This document shows positions 26,303 through 29,787 of a DNA stretch of 29,787 nt, piece after piece. Made by a program: the position numbers and the translations under genes. Origin of the DNA: Candidatus Eiseniibacteriota bacterium (GTDB lineage: Bacteria > Arandabacterota > Arandabacteria > Arandabacterales > Arandabacteraceae); the NCBI GenBank assembly GCA_043810925.1, contig JBDRNT010000103.1, positions 1 through 29,787 on the forward strand, read 5' to 3'. Below the pieces are notes generated by a model that was not told where the DNA came from, made no database searches, and worked only from the letters and a program-made list of their open reading frames with translations. Position 1 is the stretch's first letter; every line of letters starts with the position of its first letter.

Positions 26303-26332
26303 TTGACCTCTTGGTCCGCCCGGTAGTACAAT
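26303..26332 (+). promoter_or_regulatory. Sigma70-type promoter
   Basis: TTGACC-N18-TACAAT about 50 nt upstream of ATG 26383. Confidence 0.55.
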
Positions 26333-26382
26333 GAGGGCAGGGTGAACTAGAGTCCACAGGAGCAGCGTAAGGAGGAAATGGC

Positions 26383-29154
26383 ATGTCCACCATGAAGACA
26401 GCGGTTGTGATCAGTTGTGCCCTATTGGCTTTGATCCTCGTAGTCACGGGTTCCTCTTCAGCAGAGATCCCCAAGAAGATCAACTATCAGGGGAGGTTGA
26501 CTGATAGTGCCAGCGGGAGCCCCCTGGCGGGTTCCCACAACATGACCTTCCGGATCTATGATGATCCGGGCGCCGGGAGCCTGCTGTGGTCTGAATCCCA
26601 GGTGCTTTCAGCCGACTCGGCGGGTGTCTTCTCGGCAATTCTCGGTAGACTCACTCCGATCGACGTCTCTTTCGATGGCCCCGTGTGGCTTGAGGTGGAG
26701 GTAGGTGGAGAGATACTCACCCCACGCAGAGAGCTCGTGAGTGTCCCCTTCGCTTTCCGGGCAGGTGTGGCAGAGCGTACCCTGAACGCGGACAGCCTCG
26801 GTGGGCATGCGGCCGACGGTTTTGTGCGCGAAGGGGAGATCTCGGTCATCACCAGCGAGATGATCATAGACGGCACGGGCAGTGGCCTGGATGCGGATAT
26901 GGTGGATGGGCTTAATGCAGATGCCTTTGCCGACACAAGCCATGACCATGATGATAGGTACTACACACAGGATTCCCTGACCACTCCTGGAACGGCGAAC
27001 GCGGGGTCCAATCCTGTTGACTGGACCAAGCTTAAGGGCATACCGGGTGGCTTCGCCGATGGAGTGGATGATGCAGGCGGATCAGGCGACGGCCATTCCC
27101 TGGATGCGGCTGATGGATCCCCTGTCGATGCGGTCTACGTGGACAACGAAGGTAACGTAGGCATCGGGACCCAGAGTCCTGCTCAGAAGCTCCACCTGTC
27201 GGGTTCGAGTCCAGGTATCCTGGTGGAGACAAGTAGTTCAAATCCGGAGATTACACTGGCGAGTGAGGTTGATGCTCCTTCTGAGCGGTGGAAGATCTAC
27301 CGGGATGTGGGATTAGGTGACCTCCGCTTCAGCCAGGGTGGGGACCGAATGAGGATCATGTTTGGCACGGGCAACGTCAGCATAGGATCTGGAGTGGCGG
27401 CCGAGCGGCTCGATGTCGATGGCAGCATCAATCTGACGGAGCACCTGAAGATCGGAGATATCACCGTATTGTCGGTTGATGGTACTTCAACCACACTTGT
27501 TGGAACATATGCCGGCGCGAACAACACCGGAGGCAGCAATACTTTCATCGGAAGCGGTGCCGGGTATTCTAACGGTTTGGGATTTGGCAATGTCTTCGTG
27601 GGAGATAGTACGGGCCTCGGCAACACCCAGGGCTTCCACAACTTGTTTGCGGGACACATCGCGGGCTATGCCAACACCCTCGGGCAAGACAATACGTTCG
27701 CAGGCGCCCGCGCGGGCCACTCGAATGAAGAGGGGAACTGGAATACCTTCGTAGGATCGAGCGCGGGCCGCAACAACAGAGATGCCACGAGCAACACCTT
27801 CGTGGGAGCCGGTGCCGGAGAGGTGAATGTAAGCGGGTCGTATAATATGTGTGTGGGTCATGGAGCGGGCGGCAGCAATTCGACCGGGAGCACGAACACC
27901 TGCATCGGCACGTTCACCGGGCCAACCGGGAATGGGAGTGGAAACGTCTTCCTCGGGTTCATGGCCGGCCTCAATGAAACGGGCTCTGACAATCTCTATA
28001 TCGCTAACGGTATTGATCCTAGCAATGTCTTGATCTACGGAGATTTCTCCACGGGCAACCTGGGGATCGGCACGCTTGATCCGGATAGACGCCTGCATAT
28101 AGCCAGCCCGACTTCTAGTTTCGGAATGATGTTGTTAGAGAATTCGAATACGGGATCTAATGAGGTCTCAATAGGCTTCAAGCCCGGCAGCGACGCCACG
28201 GGGGCCGACATGTGGGTTGCCGGCGTCGGCGCATGGGATAAGTTCGACGATTTCGTGATCGGCAAGGAAGAACCCAAAATGGTGATCAGTCACGATGGGA
28301 GGGTCGGAATCGGGACGGCGGATCCATACAATGCACTCCAAGTAGAGCGGCAATCGATCTGCTGGATTAGCTCTATTGCTCATGGCAGCGAAGGAATTGC
28401 CGGCCTAGGCCTTATCAATGATGACGCGGGCTGGGAAATCGATGTGAGGGGTGATCTGTCCGATATCTTCGCCATCAGCAACACCGACTTCCCGTGGGCA
28501 CCATACCTTGTCATTGAACATGACGGCAATGTCGGCATCGGGACCGAGATGCCGGAGCGGAAGCTCCATATCAAAGGTACCGGTCCACGAGTGCTCATTG
28601 AATCTACTTCGGGGTCTCCCGAGGTGAATTTCAAGGATACGGGTGACGCCTCGTCAGATGTTTGGGCGATCTATAAGGAGGGGACCACGGATGACCTGCG
28701 CTTCTATCAGGGCGGCGACAAGATCTGGATCAAGGGCGGCACCGGGAACGTCGGTATCGGGGGTAGCCCGGGTACGAACAAGCTCTATGTAAACGGGAGC
28801 GGCTGCTATACAGGTTCCTGGGGGGGCTGCTCGGACCTCAAGTTTAAGCGGGACATTCAAGATGTAACCGACGCCGTGGACAAGGTGATGAACCTGCGCG
28901 GGGTGTCCTTCTTGTGGCGGAGCGACGAGTATGAGGCGAAGAACTTCGATTCGGGCCGGCATTATGGTGTTATCGCGCAGGAAACAGAGGAGGTATTGCC
29001 GGAGGTTGTGGTGGAGGGTGTGGACGGTGAGAAGGCTGTGGCCTATACCGAGATCGTGCCGATCCTTATAGAAGCCATCAAAGGTCAACAGGAGCAGATA
29101 GAGACTCTCAAGCGCGAGATCGAGGACCTGAAGGGTCACCTGCGCCCCGAGTGA
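26383..29154 (+). CDS. Secreted tail-fibre-like protein with a C-terminal Peptidase S74 intramolecular chaperone domain
   Basis: AAGGAGG RBS; signal peptide; IPKKINYQGRL domain; GNVGIGT repeats; ~14-aa NTFVGxxAG repeats; SDLKFK...GVIAQE...LPEVV...LIEAIK plus a coiled coil. Confidence 0.9.
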   Translation: MSTMKTAVVISCALLALILVVTGSSSAEIPKKINYQGRLTDSASGSPLAGSHNMTFRIYDDPGAGSLLWSESQVLSADSAGVFSAILGRLTPIDVSFDGPVWLEVEVGGEILTPRRELVSVPFAFRAGVAERTLNADSLGGHAADGFVREGEISVITSEMIIDGTGSGLDADMVDGLNADAFADTSHDHDDRYYTQDSLTTPGTANAGSNPVDWTKLKGIPGGFADGVDDAGGSGDGHSLDAADGSPVDAVYVDNEGNVGIGTQSPAQKLHLSGSSPGILVETSSSNPEITLASEVDAPSERWKIYRDVGLGDLRFSQGGDRMRIMFGTGNVSIGSGVAAERLDVDGSINLTEHLKIGDITVLSVDGTSTTLVGTYAGANNTGGSNTFIGSGAGYSNGLGFGNVFVGDSTGLGNTQGFHNLFAGHIAGYANTLGQDNTFAGARAGHSNEEGNWNTFVGSSAGRNNRDATSNTFVGAGAGEVNVSGSYNMCVGHGAGGSNSTGSTNTCIGTFTGPTGNGSGNVFLGFMAGLNETGSDNLYIANGIDPSNVLIYGDFSTGNLGIGTLDPDRRLHIASPTSSFGMMLLENSNTGSNEVSIGFKPGSDATGADMWVAGVGAWDKFDDFVIGKEEPKMVISHDGRVGIGTADPYNALQVERQSICWISSIAHGSEGIAGLGLINDDAGWEIDVRGDLSDIFAISNTDFPWAPYLVIEHDGNVGIGTEMPERKLHIKGTGPRVLIESTSGSPEVNFKDTGDASSDVWAIYKEGTTDDLRFYQGGDKIWIKGGTGNVGIGGSPGTNKLYVNGSGCYTGSWGGCSDLKFKRDIQDVTDAVDKVMNLRGVSFLWRSDEYEAKNFDSGRHYGVIAQETEEVLPEVVVEGVDGEKAVAYTEIVPILIEAIKGQQEQIETLKREIEDLKGHLRPE

Positions 29155-29355
29155 TAACCACCGGCCCCTCACTTGGTTCACGTTTCTATAGGGACAACCC
29201 ATGGGCTTCTGGGGGGGAATCCGCCCACGCGATCCCACAAGACCGCGCTTTCAGACATTTGTCCGGGGAGCCACTGCTTTCCTGAGTAGCCGAACATCCG
29301 GAAACCTTATCCGTAGCGGAAGAGCGAGGTACAAACCAGCTTGGAAGTGCTTTAG

Positions 29356-29565
29356 CTAGGCTTCCTTCAACGGTACGGGGCTGCACAGGTTATCTGCTTC
29401 ATTTGCGCTACGACCACAACATCTGCATATGTACTTGGGATTATTGGCTAGCTCGATCACCTTAGCCAGATCAAACCTCCCGACTGGTTGTGTCATCTTG
29501 CATATGTGGTGGTCAGGTATGCTATCCCAGCACTTGGAGTCCGGGCCGCAGCATGAGTCACTCAT
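29356..29565 (-). CDS. Small Cys-rich putative metal-binding protein (69 aa)
   Basis: AAGGAG RBS before ATG 29565; SCC..C..HHIC...PKYICRCCGRSA...LCSP. Confidence 0.75.
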   Translation of the reverse strand: MSDSCCGPDSKCWDSIPDHHICKMTQPVGRFDLAKVIELANNPKYICRCCGRSANEADNLCSPVPLKEA

Positions 29566-29579
29566 CGATTTCTCCTTGT

Positions 29580-29787
29580 CTATACTGTCACGAGGAAATA
29601 GAACCCCACCCCAAGCATCACCAAACCCCCTACAACCTTCACTACGGGCATTATCCTGGTCGCTTTCAGCACCCAACTTCCGAGACCGGCCCCCAGAAGC
29701 ACCGCAACCATTGGAATGCTGAAGCCTAAGCCAAACACTGCCATCACCAGCGCCCCCTTAGCTGCCTGCCCTCGAAGAGCTATCACC
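29580..29787 (-). CDS. C-terminus of a CcdA/DsbD-type thiol:disulfide membrane protein (5'-truncated)
   Basis: GALVMAVFGLGFSIP...VKVVGGLVMLGVGFYFL is typical of the last TM helices of the CcdA/DsbD family; the diagnostic Cys residues lie outside the window. Confidence 0.65.
   Translation of the reverse strand, partial: VIALRGQAAKGALVMAVFGLGFSIPMVAVLLGAGLGSWVLKATRIMPVVKVVGGLVMLGVGFYFLVTV

Noticed and set aside
10444-29154. Prophage or tailocin suggested by tail-fibre-like genes
   Set aside because: Both fibres have signal peptides, and no capsid, sheath, baseplate, terminase, lysis or integrase genes are present.
16709-29565. Selenocysteine read-through in the Cys-rich small proteins
   Set aside because: I saw no in-frame TGA at a Cys-like position; the ORFs read as complete.

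Overview
GC-rich bacterial chromosomal region. The many secreted proteins ending in a FlgD-Ig/T9SS-type-A-like C-terminal domain suggest an uncultured FCB-related lineage (inference only). The left part holds housekeeping genes: an OGG1-type glycosylase, a ferredoxin, a DHH phosphoesterase, iscU split by a +1 frameshift in a T6 run, a zinc-ribbon protein and an amidohydrolase. Most of the rest encodes large secreted proteins: a gingipain-like C25 protease, an M4-like metalloprotease, a beta-helix/FG-GAP/ASPIC-UnbV protein, and two paralogous signal-peptide-bearing tail-fibre-like proteins. One fibre has an S74 autocleaving chaperone; the other lies in a three-gene operon with a membrane-anchored protein and a CTD-bearing partner. 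Also present are an ArsR module with two operators and Cys-rich small proteins, an SSS transporter and an M20 peptidase. Intergenic DNA contains nested GGGGTCAG inverted repeats, a GGTGACAG repeat family bracketing the M20 gene, a ~205-nt rod-like hairpin and a tRNA 3' remnant. No rRNA, complete tRNA, CRISPR array, transposase or integrase was seen.
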